Source: Squalus acanthias (lineage: Eukaryota). Taken from it: 64,000 nt of DNA. The position numbers and the translations under genes were made by a program. Numbering within the stretch: position 1 is the first letter of the stretch; every line of letters starts with the position of its first letter. The notes under the pieces are model-generated. The model saw nothing but the letters and a program-made list of their open reading frames with translations. It was not told the origin of the DNA and did not search any database. Where the stretch lies: assembly GCA_030390025.1 (NCBI GenBank), contig CM059432.1, positions 59,150,001-59,214,000 of the forward strand, given 5' to 3'. Below are positions 36,846-50,174 of this stretch, piece by piece.

Positions 36846-37192
36846 AGGTGTTCAAAATCATGAGGGGTCTGGACAGAATAGATAGAGAGAAACTGTTCCC
36901 ATTGGTGGAAGGGTCGAGAACTAGAGGACACAGATTTAAGGTGATTGGCAGAAGAACCAAAAGCGACATGAGGAAAAACTTTTTTACGCAGCGAGTGGTT
37001 ATGCACTGCCTGAACAGATGGTGGAGGCAGATTCAATCGTGGCTTTCAAAAGGGAATTGGGTAAGTACCTGAAGGAAAAAAATTTGCAGGGTGGGGGAGT
37101 GGGACTAGCTGAAGTGCTCTTGCAGAGAGCCAGCACAGGCATAGCGGGCCAAATGGCCTCCTTCTGTGTTGTAACCGTTCTATGATTCTATG
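36846..37192 (+). mobile_element. CR1 LINE 3' end
   Basis: FKIMRGLDRIDREKLFP..RTRGH..FFTQRVV followed by the tail ctatgattctatg. Confidence 0.85.
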
Positions 37193-39659
37193 TACCACTG
37201 CACTGTGGTAACAGTGCTGTACCAGTGCACTATATTCTTTCTGGTACTTTTTGTGAAGAAATTCTTGATTTCAGTCTTAAATTTGCTTTTACTAGTTTAA
37301 ACCTCTGTCCCCTTGTATACATCTCCTAAATGATGACCTATTGGAAGATGTATATTTTGAGAACTATTGAGGACCCACCTGTGTTGAATCCCTACATCTT
37401 GGCATTGCAGACCCAGACAATCACGTCTCTGCGCCAGGATCAGCCTGCCCAATTCCAGCCTTGCGGGCTTGTACTTTTTGCAGTACTTCTCCTGTCACTT
37501 GCCCAGAGACAGATGCTGGCAAGGGAGTGGACACAACTTGACAGCCAAATGCCTCTTTCTGCACTTTTGCATGCATGCCACTGGTGTCAGCCAAATGCTC
37601 ATGGTGGCCACTGTTGCAATGTTGCAAGATCACTGAATCAACAACAACTTGCATTTATATTGCACCTTTAACATAGAAAAGGTCCCACGGTGCTTTACAG
37701 AGGGAGAAAAAATAATTAAAATATTTAAAGGAACACATGCAGAACCATGGAGGGTGAGTTCAGAGATGTCACCAAAAGCTTTGAAACAAAAGCCAACTGT
37801 AATTTCACTTATGCCATAAATGATGACAATGACAAAACTACTTTGACAGTGTTCCATCTTCTAAAATGACAGTAACAAAGAGGCCAATCAGAAAAGAAAC
37901 TGCCTTTTCAAAGGCGATAGTCTGTGACGTCATGCAACAGGAAGAATTTCTAATTACACAGCAACCCCCAGCCTTTCTCATTGTATCAGCTAGAGAAATC
38001 ACTGAAGAGGAAAGCCCTTAGAATTGACAGTGAGTGAGCTGGGTACTCACTGAAGAGTAAAAAGTAAATGGATTTTGTGATTTCTACTTTAGTGGCACCA
38101 TTTTGATCCACCTACTTTGATGTAGTACTGTGCCACAAATAACATACCGTCTTTGGCCAAATCAGTCAAGCACATGGTTATTCGATGGGATGCAAGGTCA
38201 CCTTCAGAACTTCAATCAGGTATAAAGGTGTTTATTTGATGTCAGATTAACACCTTCTGGTGTGACACTGAACTCATGTCTCATCAATATAGCCTTCTCT
38301 ATACCTGCATTATGACTTTACATTAATTGTCACAATCTGTTTTATTTTTATATTGTAATCTCCTGGTGGTTAGTGAACCAGAGTTGGAATCAGAAATAGC
38401 AATATCACAACAATCAATATTCTCCTCATGACCACATCTGTTCTGTTCACTTCATATTCATTAAGTTTATTGATCTTGGACCCTCAGATATTTTGGTCAG
38501 TAATAAAAAGAAAAAGAAAGTTAGAGCCAAGCTCTTGGTGTCTTGGAGATCCCTGTTTAATGTTGCTCTGTTTAAGCAGAACAATAAAAACAATGACTTG
38601 ACTATTCCAATATGTTCCTGCTTTCCTGTTTTCTCAGTACACAGCTGGAATTCAAATTGGGAAACTCGCCAGTTTTCAGTTCTAAGTAACAAAGTACTCA
38701 GTAAATTGTTAGTCTATTGAAGGTCAACCAATTGTGGATCGGGTCCACTTTAGCTACAACTGAAATTCAGAATTTCAAGAGGCAATATAAGCTTCTCGTA
38801 TGGTAAAGAATAATATTATTAATAATATTATTTTAATAATATTCAATGGAGTGAACTCATTTGGCCTCATTGTCACTGCTGAGCTGATGGATGGGAATTT
38901 AGTCATAGTAGTATGGTAGAGAATCGTTGTCTGAGAGTTCCTTTAGCTTGTATTTTGGGCAGCATGTCTAATGATTTTATGTTCAATAAATTGGAAAATG
39001 TGAATTGTTCGTTTCACATCTCCAAAATTCAGATTCAACATCTTTTACATATCGATATTTCCTCTGGAAATCAACATCTGGAGTTGGTCAGAGTAATGAG
39101 TAAGTCATAATCGAGGCTAAAATTATCCAGTGCAGTGGGGAAGGAGTATCAAATAAGATTTTAATACTCAATTTCATTACTAAAATTTTTTAGAGTTTTA
39201 CACGGAAATGTTCCAGTGAAATTTTATTAATGAATCTAGATATTGTTGATTTGTGGTTCTGTGAACAAGTATCCATTCCAATAATCAATACATCCTACTT
39301 GCACAGAAAAATTTACACTAACAAGTGAGAAAAAGGTGACAATACTGTCAGTAATGCCCAGTTATCAGAAAAGTACTTCTGGATGATTCATTCAGCGGCA
39401 CGCATGTCAGTATGGGAAGTCACTAGGGTGATTTCCTGGCCAAGTAACCCTCCATTACATGTACTGGTAAAGGGAGAAAATCAGCAATATAATGAATCAG
39501 GCTACAACGATCCAACACTTTTTACTTTAACCACGTCATTACCTTTTTAAAATCACATTTGGAAAGGAAGGAAGTAATATAAACTGCGAAAGAATGTTTC
39601 ATGAGAGGTATCTAAAATGATAGAATCTGTAGTAATTCCATTCAGCAAATGTCATCATC

Positions 39660-40050
39660 AGTTTCACAAAATCCATTTGCAAGTTCTCTGTTAATGGAGC
39701 AGCCCATGACAGCCTACAGCAGGACTTGGGCAACATCCAGGCTTGTGCTGACAAGTGGCAGGGAACATTCGGCACCACATAGGTGCCAGGTGATGACCAT
39801 CTCAACAAGAGAAAGACCAACCATCTCCCAGTGACCTTCAACAGCATCACCATTGCTGAGTCCCCCACCGTCAATATCTGGAGATGATCACTGACCAAAA
39901 GCTTAACTGAATCAGCCATATTAACACCATGGCTACAGGAGCAGGGCACAAGATGGGTACTCTGTGATGAATGGCTCATCTCCTGACCTCTCAAAGCCTA
40001 TGCACCATCTACAAGGCTCAAGTCAGGAATGTGATGGAATCTTCACAACC
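39660..40050 (+). mobile_element. Degenerate family-B LINE fragment; a further 3' piece lies at 40760-40870
   Basis: Similar to 46800-47190 (aacatccaggcttg..gacaagtggcagg..aacattc). Confidence 0.65.
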
Positions 40051-41459
40051 AGCAGTGGTTGGTGACCTTTTTGACAGGTGAGGCACAGCTATACATACCT
40101 AACCAAGCAGCATATTACCTTGGCAATACGCCCTTCCTGTGCAATCCCACCACCAACCATAGAAGCTGTATATTATCTTTATCTAGCTGCATTGTACAGC
40201 AATTATTATCCTTTAAACCTTTACATCCAGGATTGGACTTTAAAAAAAAACAATCAGAACTTTGTAGATAGAAACTAACTGGAGTATCATCAGCCTGTTT
40301 TGCAAAATTTTGGTACTCAGGGTTGTCTAAAGCACAGTGATCAGTGGTCATTTTTTCAAATTCTTGAAGTTAGATGGAACATGATATTACATCAATTTAT
40401 AGTTACATCAGAGGCTCCATCCTGCAGCTCTGGCACCGTGTGTTATATAAAAGCTACAATATGGGTTATTTTCCTTTATCCTGGTAGTGAGGTGTTTTTA
40501 GAGTGAATCTCCATTTAATATATCCTAACAGTGGCTGTTATTTCAGTCCCATTTGAGACCCAGTAATAACCTCCAATTTCATTATCTGGGTACTGGAAGC
40601 ATGTTTCCTAAAAGGTGACAACAGCAGCCGAAGAGACGGCAGTTGGGAGTCGGCCCCAGCTGGAGAAACTTGCCTTTGGTTAAAGGTAGCGTGATCTGTT
40701 ACCGGGCAACCTCTACAACCAAGAGTAGCAATGTTCTAACACATCATGAGAGCACCATCACCACAAGGATCGCAGCTGCTCAAAATGGTGGCCCACAACC
40801 ATCAAGGATGGGCAATAAATGTCGGCTTTGCCAGCGACGCCCACATCCCAGAAACAAATTTAAAAAACTGTATCTGCAAAGGGCATTGTGCTGAACAGCT
40901 ATTTGATCCTGAACCCGTCACACTCTGACCCATTTCTTTTACAATTCCGTTAAGTCACTTTTATCTTAAATCAATCTAGCTTCATGAATTATTTCTAGCT
41001 TTAATAGCTTCCCTGACTTCTTGTGAGAAGAATCTCCTATGAGTACCTTATTCTGTGATACTATTAGCAGCCATATCCTCCTAGATAAGATCTTGTAGTG
41101 AATATATTAAATCATATAACAGACATTAAACTAGGATATCTGATGGATGGTTATCATTACCTTTATCTGTGGAAAAACATGTTGCTGAATTTTATGGTTA
41201 TTTGAAGAATCGTATTCTGTGTAGGAATATCACAGCATTTATCTGAAATACAGTTCTTACATTTTTGTAATTCATTGTTACACTGAGTATTGTCACAGTT
41301 TTTTGCTCTATTGTGACTGCATTTTCTTCTCCATTATTTCTGGAAAAAAAAACCTCCTCCCTTCCCCTCATCCTCTCATGAAGGTGCTGATCCCTTAATG
41401 GACACTATTCCAAGACTGCCTTTCAGTACCTCCCCCCAAGTCTAGTCCATAGAGTCAAA

Positions 41460-42262
41460 GGGGGAAAAATTTGGTTGCTTAGCGCCTCCCTTTAGCGCCT
41501 CTGGGAGGCACTAACGGGGCGCTAGGAACTTAGCGCCCGAGCGTGGCGATTTTAGCGCCGCTCGCGAAATTGACCAGTCGTTTTGTGGCGGCGCTAAACA
41601 CTACCGCCACGCTCTCCTGCGCCTGCAGATCATGATGTCAGTCAAGTGTGCAACGCCCCGGTAGCGCCCCAGACCGGATATTGAGTCTCGCCCCCTGCCT
41701 TAGCGTCTGCCGCTAGGAACGACAAGTAGAGGGGAACATTTTCAAGTCAGGAAGGGGCTGAGGGAGCGTTATTTAAAGACGGGCGTTTCCTGCCTTTTCT
41801 TGTCGGCAAAATTTTTGGTTTTAACGCTGTCCTAAGGAGTTTTGGCACTCAGCACCACTTTTGAGGTTCCTAAGCGCCGAGCTCGTTCCCTGGGCCTATC
41901 CATTAGTGCTTCCAACACAATTGCTTTTGAGGTCTCTCCAGGCCGAGATTCAAGGCTACAATGAGCAGGGAGTGGCTGGCCAGCTAATTGCCCCTCCCCT
42001 TTAAGAACTGGACGGCGCCAGTCTGTCTGGCTTCCATGGAAATTGGCATCGTGTAAGCTTCGGTAGCGTTCTGAGATAGTGCCTCGCTCCCAGACGTTTG
42101 CGCCTTAAGAGAGATGTGTAGCGCCTGATTTAGCGCTCAAATCACCTCCAGGGGCGATAGAGGTGAATTTTGCAGTCGGAGGCGATAATTAGCGCCGGGT
42201 GCTAAACTTTGCGCCCGGCTGATATTAGCGCCCCAAAATGGGCGATACCAAATTTTTCCCCC
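41460..42262. mobile_element. GC-rich Harbinger-type MITE
   Basis: TIRs GGGGGAAAAATTTGGT / ACCAAATTTTTCCCCC, AAA flanks, repeated TAGCGCC subterminal motifs. Related to 55039-55718. Confidence 0.8.
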
Positions 42263-42542
42263 AAAGTATTACCAATTCTTGGGCCCAAATAAGAGAAAAC
42301 AGGGGTGGAGATCCGTTAGCTGGATCTCCTCCTCCTCGACATTGCCCAAGGATTTCCTGGGGATTCCAGAAGGCAAAAGAGCAGCACTTGTCAGACACCA
42401 CAGGTGGGTATCAATATGCTATTGCCTATATGTTATGGACCTTGCTGTCCATTTTTGGAATTAAGTGCCTCTGTCTCTCAGATTGTTTATTCACAGACGA
42501 GACTGTGCCTCAAAGGATTTTAGGGGTACAAAGATCACGCAC

Positions 42543-43760
42543 TGACATGAATCTTGTCATTCATGTGGAAATTACTTATGAAATAATACTGGGCGGCCTG
42601 CTGGTGGCGCTGTCCAGGGAGAGTATAAATACTCGGGCATGGGCCCAGCTTGCTGAGGACATCCTTTAACAGGAACTAGTGAAGGACACAACTAGAGCTC
42701 CATGTTGAAAAACAGCTGATTAAAGCCTTGTTTAATACTCAGACCAAGTGCCTAGTAGTTTTCTTACGTCAATTTAATCAACTGAAACTATGCTCCCTGA
42801 CGCGTTGCATTCCATCAGGTCTCTTCTTTCTACATCCACCAATGCTAATCCTCATGAACGATTCTTTGGGTTCCAGTGTCGCTCCACTCATGGGACGTCT
42901 TTACCATCATGGTTGGCAGCTCCTGGCCCCGTGCTGCTCCGAAGATTCGTCCGATCCTCTAAGAGTGATCCCCTCGTCGACGAAGTGGAACTGACGGATG
43001 TCAATCCCACGTATGCGAATGTGCGGTACCCTGATGGCCGGGAATCCACAGTGTCACTTCGGGATCTGGCTCCCTGCCCAATTGGTCCCACAGACCCAAT
43101 CGATAGTGGGATCCGTATTAATGACGTCGATACCCTGCGCTCCTCTGAGGATGACGCCCTACCCGGGACGTCAAGGGATCTGCCAACTATTCCGCCGGAT
43201 CAACCCGGGGAACAGAGCGCTCCCCGCGGGATGGCCACCCAAAGCCAGGACGCCGGTCAGTCACCGACTACTGAGCAGGGTGAAGCCAGCTCTGCGCCGC
43301 TGGGGACCCGCACCCGGAGCCAAGATCTCCCCAGTCCCCCTCAGGTTGATCAAGGCGACACGGACTCTGCCAGCCCGCCGGTACGAACCAAGCGACCCAG
43401 GGACGAAAACACGGTACGAGGAGACGTGCCTTCCGGCCTCCAATGGAGATCCAAACAACTGCGTCTATTCTTAGTCCGATTAATTCGGTAGAAGGAAGCT
43501 GCCGGACTTCCAATCTTTCAGGCGGGAAGAATGACATGAATCTTGTCATTCATGTGGAAATGACTTATGAAATAATACTGGGCGGCCTGCTGGTGGCGCT
43601 GTCCAGGGAGAGTATAAATACTCGGGCATGGGGCCAGCTTGCTCAGGACATTCTTTAACAGGAACTAATGAAGGACACAACTAGATCTCCATGTTGAAAA
43701 ACAGTTGATTAAAGCCTTGTTTAATACTCAGACCAAGTGCCTAATAGTTTTCTTACGTCA
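42543..43760 (+). mobile_element. Internally deleted Gypsy LTR retrotransposon: two 229-bp LTRs plus integrase C-terminus
   Basis: LTRs 42543-42771 and 43532-43760 (TG..CA, 8 differences), CGCAC 5-bp TSD, and PPT aggcgggaagaa. ORF LPDALHSIRSLL..NPHERFF..GPVLLRRFVR..DPLVDEVEL..YPDGRESTVSLRDLAP is a Gypsy integrase tail. Confidence 0.92.
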
Positions 43761-43937
43761 CGCACTACCTCCTTTTCTGAAAGGTTTTGGTGACAATTTG
43801 TCTGAAAGATCTGCAAAGGAGCTCTTTTTTATAATCCAACACAACTTTACTTTATTTTCTGCTGATTCTTGCATTGACATATTTGTCTAGAACTTTCTAT
43901 AGCTCACTAAAGGAAGTTCTGTCTGTTTGGCGATCAT

Positions 43938-44413
43938 GGGGTAGAAATTCATTTTGACCGGTTTTCGGGCCGGAGTTAGGCGGTATGTGCCAGAAACTGG
44001 AGGCCCGAGGCTCATCCAACATTAGACTTCGGGCCTCACCAGCACATGCGGATGTGAATTATGTGTCCGGAGGCAGCTCATTCGTTCCATTAGGACAAGG
44101 CTAAGCCAGCTACCTCGCCGACAATGGCTGTCGGTAGGGGGAGAGGAGAATGGGAGGCTTCCCCCATCCCCACGGCTCCAAATAAAGGTAAGTTTAAAAA
44201 AATGTACATACCTTGAGGCTGTGTGTAGAACCTAAAAATGACGCTTGCTCTTCTGAGCGCTCACAATTTCAATGAAAGATCCTTAACATAATCAAGCAGC
44301 CAAATTCCTGTTTAAAACGGCCACCTGGCATGCCTGAAAATCATCCAAGGCCGATATGGAATCAAACATATTTTAGATGTCCTTGGGCGTACGAAATTGA
44401 TAATTTTTGGCCC
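43938..44413. mobile_element. Harbinger-type MITE
   Basis: GGGGTAGAAATT ... AATTTTTGGCCC termini with CAT on both flanks. Confidence 0.55.
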
Positions 44414-44589
44414 CATTTTCCACCTGGACCAGTTTCTACCCCTATGTCCTTCTACTTTCTCTTAAACACTAGCAAAGTAGTTACCAAATATATTTCAAGC
44501 TCTATAGGTGGGGGGAGAATCGCAAATCTGCACTCTCAAAATGGAGGTTTTGACAACCCTGCAGAGCAATGTTACTGGATCAAGGAATT

Positions 44590-45315
44590 GTATCCAGCTT
44601 GGGTCAGTTTGTAGGAATCTTACCTCAAAGTCAGACAGTTAGAGGTCCAAGCCTCATTTCAGGATTTGAGAATATAACTGAAGCTGATACATCAGTACAG
44701 CACTGAGAGTTCGGCATTGTTGGAGGAGCCATCTTTCAAATGACATATTAACTTGAGGCCCCATATGCATGTAGCTGTAAAAGATCCCATAGCACTATTC
44801 AAAGAAGAGCAAGGGAGCTTTCCTGATGACGGGGTAACATTCCACCCTCAACCAAGATGTCAGCCATGGTTCAATACTCTTGTCTCTGAGTCATGAGGTT
44901 GTGGGTTCAAGTCCCAGCCCAAAGACTTGAGCACAAGCACAAAATCTAGCCTGACACTCAGTACTGAGGGGGTGCTGCACTGTTGGAGGTGCCAACTTCG
45001 GATGAGACATTAAACCGAGACCCCGCCTGCCCTCTTAGGTAGACGTAAAAGATCCCATGGCACTATTCGAAGAAGAGCAGGGGAGTTCTCCCCGGTGTCC
45101 TGGCCAATATTTATCCCTTAAAACATCAATTTAAAAAAAACTGATTATCTGGTTATTTTCACATTATTGCTTGTGGGAGCTAATGGTGTGCAATTTGGCT
45201 TCTGCGTTTGTAACATTACAACAATGACTACACTTCAAATGTGCTTAATTGGCTGTGAAGTGCTTTGGGACGTCCAATGGTCGTGAAAGGCGCTATATAA
45301 ATGTGTCTTGCTTTT
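44590..45315 (+). mobile_element. Two tandem SacSINE1-like SINEs (older 44590-44855, younger 44858-45315)
   Basis: B-box ggttcaagtccc, Deu-domain core and tail aaaggcgctatataaatg. Confidence 0.8.
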
Positions 45316-45459
45316 TTTAAAAAAACAACATAACCAAAAAAAAAGTTAATGAATCATTTATCGTACACACTTGACTGCTGTATTTTTCCATATAACAATT
45401 GTGGCTACACTTCAAAAGTAATTCATTGGATATGAAGCACTTTAGGATACCCGGAGGAA

Positions 45460-45979
45460 AGTTAAGTCTAGTTATTACAAGCGTAAGCACCCTTTTAACA
45501 ATGTGATAAGTGTTAATGACTGCCAATCAACTGAAAATTAACCATTACAAGTGTGGAGTTTCATTCTTTCAGGTTTTGAATTTTTCAGGAATATTTTAAA
45601 AATCTCAAACTTTTAATTTACTTTTTTTTTACTTTTCCATTTCATCTTTTTGTCTCTCTCTCTTAATCCCATCTTTCTTTACCTCTCTATTTCTTTTTCT
45701 GTACCTGATTTGACATTGAATTCACCCCCTTTAATTCACCCTCCTGCTCAGTCCTTCCTGAGTTTATTTCCTTATTCTTAAATCTTATTGGTTAAGGAGC
45801 TACCCTGTTGGCTGCCCTGTTCACTCAGCTCCCAGATAGCTAGATTCCCTCGCTGCGTCGTTATCAGCTCGCACTTTCAGCAACTGCATGGGCAAATATC
45901 TTTTGAGCTGAAGGGTTCAGGGGCAAGTCTAACTAATGGCAGATGACGTTAGATGTCCTGCTACAGCAAATTGTGGCCC
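45460..45979 (-). mobile_element. Partial MITE related to 6061-6820
   Basis: Reverse complement of about 6230-6540, ending AAATTGTGGCCC followed by att. Confidence 0.6.
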
Positions 45980-46574
45980 ATTGTGATCATGGGCTTAGTT
46001 TATGAATTATTTCAGAATATATGTACTTGTTGCCAGAACAAAAATGATATGCAACACTCCTAAAATAAATCAAATATCATGTCTTCCATCTTTAGGACAA
46101 TCATTTGATGAGAGAGCAGCACCCGTTGCAGCAACCCATGTTCACGCCAAAGACTAACAATATGGGCAGGATCAATTTCAAGAGGCAAATTAATAAATTG
46201 CGGCACCTCTCAGCTTAGCAGTTTCCAAAAAGAAGTATTAGGCAATCAAAAATCAATCTTGAAAGCAGCAAAAGAAAATAGCCAAAATAAAGTGGATACA
46301 ATTTTTGCTTCTGTTTGTAGTCGGAGTCAGTTAGAAAGCAAATGGGGCAAGGTAACTTGGGCAGAATTATAAATTATGATAAGGGCATGGCAGAAGAGTT
46401 AAACAGATACATTTTATTTTAACTGTGAGAAGATTGGACCTATTCCTTGGAACTGAAATGGGTTGTGCTGAAAGTTGAAATTCCGAGATGGAACACAAAA
46501 TGAGTAAAGACTGTAAACAAAAGGTAGTTTTAAATAGGGTAGCTTCCCAATGGGGCTTGGTCATCATCAATTTT

Positions 46575-47695
46575 AAAACTGAAACTTGAAGTCAATGGGA
46601 ATCAGGGGGAAAACGCTCCACTGGCTGGAGTCATACCCAGCACAAAGGAAGATGGTTGTGGTGGTTGAAGGTCAATCATCACAGACCCAGGACATCGCGG
46701 CAGGAGTTCCTCAGGGCAGTGTCCTAGGCCCAACCATCTTCAGCTGCTTCATCAATGACCTTCCCTCCAACATAAGGTCAGAAATGGGGATGTTCGCTGA
46801 TGACTGCACAGTGTTCAGCGCCATTCGCAGCTCCACAGATAATGAAGCAGTCCATGCCCGCATGCAACAAGACCTGGCCGATGTTCAGGCTTGGGCTGAT
46901 AAGTGGCAGGTAACATTCGCGCCACACAAGTGCCAGGCAATGACTATCTCCAACAAGCGAGAGTCTAACCACCTCCACTTGACATTCAACGGCATTACCA
47001 TTGCCGAATCCCCCACCATCAACATCCTGGGGGTCACCATTAACCAGAAACTTAACTGGACCAGCCACATAAATACTGTGGCTACAAGAGCAGGTCAGAG
47101 GCTAGGTATTCTGTGGCGAGTGTCTCACCTCCTGACTCCCCAAAGCCTTTCCACCATCTACAAGGCACATGTAAGGAGTGTGATGGAATACTCTCCACTT
47201 GCCTGGATGAGTGCAGCTCCAACAACACTCAGGAAGCTCGACACCATCCAGGACAAAGCAGTCCGCTTGATTGGCACCCCATCCACCACCTTAAACATTC
47301 ACTCCCTCCACCACCGGCATACCGTGGCTGCAGTGTGTACCATCTACAAGATGCACTGCAGCAACTCGCCAAGGCTTCTTCGACAGCACCTCCCAAACCT
47401 GCGACCTCTTCCACCTAGAAGGACAAGGGCAGCAGGTGCATGGGAACACCACCACCTCCAAGTTTCCCTCCAAGTCACACACCATCCTGACTTAGAAGTA
47501 TATCGTTGTTCCTTCATCGTCACTGGGTCAAAATCCTGAAACTCCCTACCTAACAGCACTGTGGGAGTACCATCACCAGACTGCAGCGGTTCAAGAAGGC
47601 GGCTCACCACCACCTTCTCAAGGGCAACTAGGGATGGGCAAGAAATGCTTGCATTGCCAGCGACGCCCTGATCCCATAAATAAATTTAAAAAAAA
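46575..47695 (+). mobile_element. 5'-truncated CR1-group LINE (family B), RT C-terminal half and 3' end
   Basis: 317-aa ORF with GVPQGSVLGP, FINDLP, MFADD and WADKWQVTF motifs, followed by an A-rich tail. Confidence 0.9.
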
Positions 47696-47719
47696 TTACT
47701 ACATTTAACCAGGCCTATG

Positions 47720-49663
47720 TAACCTGATAGCAAGGGCACTGGCAGAGTGGCAGTGGTAGGAGGACGAATGCCGTCAGCCTGAGAGAGGTTTGTGCTCCAT
47801 GGAGTCACTGCCACTCTCAGCAATCCTAGTAATCTGTTGGAGAACAGATTGCTGGACTGCCGTGACACCCGGCAAACCGCTTTGAACACTGGAATCCACA
47901 GCCATGATGGCAGCAGTCTGAGCTTGCATGGCAGAAGTTTGAGCTTCCACTGCAGCACCCAGACGTTGGGTGGCTTCTGCTTGTGCTGCAATGGAAGCTG
48001 AGACATCGGCCATCAAACACTGCATCATGGTTAGGTCCAAAAGTGTGCTAATGGAGCATCGGCTCCAAGCTCTGTATAAACCCCTGTGCTAAGTTGGTGC
48101 CGGACTCCTCCATGCTCCTTGACATTGCGCACAGGCTTTCTGGCAGGCCTGCCAATGCACCAAGCATTTCATTGTGCGTACCCATCAGCCTTCTCCCGTA
48201 GGCCACCCTATCGAAGTGCTCATCTGAGTTCTCCGCAGCAGAACTCGTGTGTGACCTAACACTCCAGCGAGCTGGCACCTGCGCTATCTTGCCCCCTGCC
48301 CTGGCTGCAGGCCACTCATGCCCGGTGTCTCACCATGTGCAAATCCCGCCTGTAAGCTATCCTCTAAATTACGCGTAGTGTCAGTATCTGAGCTGGTGGT
48401 TCCGAATGTGAAATCGAGTGACGGTGTTTCTTCATCATCACTGTCTTCCTGCTCTTCCACCTGTTGCTCTTCCACCATTGCCTGGCCAGGTTGCAGTTCT
48501 TGGTTATCTCAAAGGAGAAAGGCACAAGGGTAGGGTTGTGGTGAAAGGCGGGGGGTGGGGGGGGGGGGGTGGTGAGACTTGCATGCTTACACCATCTGCA
48601 GCTTGTAAATCAGAAGAGATTGTGGGATGGGGGGGAAGTGGGATGGGAGAAGGAGGATTAGGTATGAGAGGATACCGTCATCTTTGATGGTTTCAGCCCT
48701 GCCACTGGCCACGGCCTCAGCAATGGCCGCTCCAATGATGGCGAGCACCATCTCCTCCGGGGGGGGGGGGGGGGGGGCGGGAATTAAGGACATGCAGCCA
48801 TGCCTGTCCCCCACCAGTTAGTTCCAGCTGCTTCCGGTTGTACACCACCTTTCCCTGCAAGAGAAGGAAGTGTTTCAGTGAGTGTTGTGCAATCTGTTTG
48901 GGTGATGTGGCTGCCATGGTTGAATAGCTGGCAGTGTGTGCAAGCTGAGATGTGGGTGTGAGGCTTGCAGCAGTGCTAAGTGTGTGAGAGTGAGGTGAAG
49001 CTATGAACGTGAGGTATGAGTCCTGATTGATAGAGATTGTTGGTAGTTGAGTGATGGGGGTGTGGTGACTGAGCAGTTGCTGAAGCTAGTGGTGCAGTTG
49101 GTGGGAAATTGCATTTGAAGATACATTCACTGAAATTTTTGCAGCACTGCATCCAGGTCCTCGGGGCTTGACTCCTGGCACTGACCGCCTCGGCTATCTG
49201 GACCCACTGCCTTCTGAGAGTTTGTCTGAAGGGCCTCCTGGCCCCCTGTGGTTAGAGCACAAATCTCCTCCTCTCCACCTTTCCACCAAGGCCTCCAGTG
49301 CAGCGTCGGAAAATCTTGGAGCTCGCTCTCTCCCATATTGTGCCATTCTTTTTCCACTTCACAATGAGTTGCACATCGACTTCCACTACCTGCTCCAGCC
49401 AGAATGCACCTCCCCTTTAAGAGGTGCAGACTGGCTTTAAACAGTGCAGGCTAGCTTTAACTGTTGCTAGCCTCTCACAATTCTGGGTCCCCTGCTGAGG
49501 CGTGCAGCCACCCAACAGCGCATTTAGCGCTGGCTGTACGCTGCAATCATGATTAGCAGGCAGCATGAAGCTGACGTGCTCCTTGCATCGGAAATAACGG
49601 GCGCAGGTTAATCCCGCATCGCGACTCCGCGCCCATTTTCAGGCTCTGTCCAATTTAGCCCCC
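47720..49663 (-). mobile_element. PIF/Harbinger transposon relic with a spliced Myb/SANT-like DNA-binding gene (pseudogenised)
   Basis: ATG at 49346 gives MAQYGRERAPRFSDAALEALVE /frameshift/ ..RQTLRRQWVQIAEAVSARSQAPRTWMQCCK, a trihelix Myb/SANT signature. Second exon 48676-48854 (GKVVYNRKQLE..EEMVLAIIG) and acidic/coiled-coil third exon. TIR GGGGCTAAATTG at the right end. No transposase seen. Confidence 0.75.
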
Positions 49664-50174
49664 AGTGTGTCATAGCCAGAAGTTTACTGCAAACATGTTA
49701 ACCAATGTGTGTAAAAATAGTGCATTGTACAACAACAATTTGCATTTATATAGTACCTTTAATGTTGAAAAACATCCCAAGGTGCTTCAAAAAGAATTGA
49801 ACCCTTTAATGTTTGGGTATTAGTTCTTCCTGTGGTAACCCTTTATTTGACTAACTGTTGGTGACAGTGTCCATCAACAATGCAGACTAAGGTATACCAC
49901 TCCTCTAGTGTTAGGAAATATGCAGTGAGAAAAAAACAAAAAGGTAACTATTTGAACGAAGTTCTAACAACTGTACATTCCGAGTCTAAATAACCATATG
50001 GTCTGTGAAAGGAAAGAACTTGATGGGCTACATGGCCTTTTCACATTCTATACCTTCTTGTATTCATACCTAATCACAGCTGAAAAACTTCAAACAAGTT
50101 ACACACTCTGGGAATGTCTCTTTCACCTTGGCATGCAACTTTGTAAGAAGACAGAGTGAAAAGAGGCTTTTTTT

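Noticed and set aside
48545..48780. Poly-G tracts as functional G-quadruplex elements
   Set aside because: They are simple homopolymer expansions within a dead transposon, with no supporting evidence and error-prone lengths.
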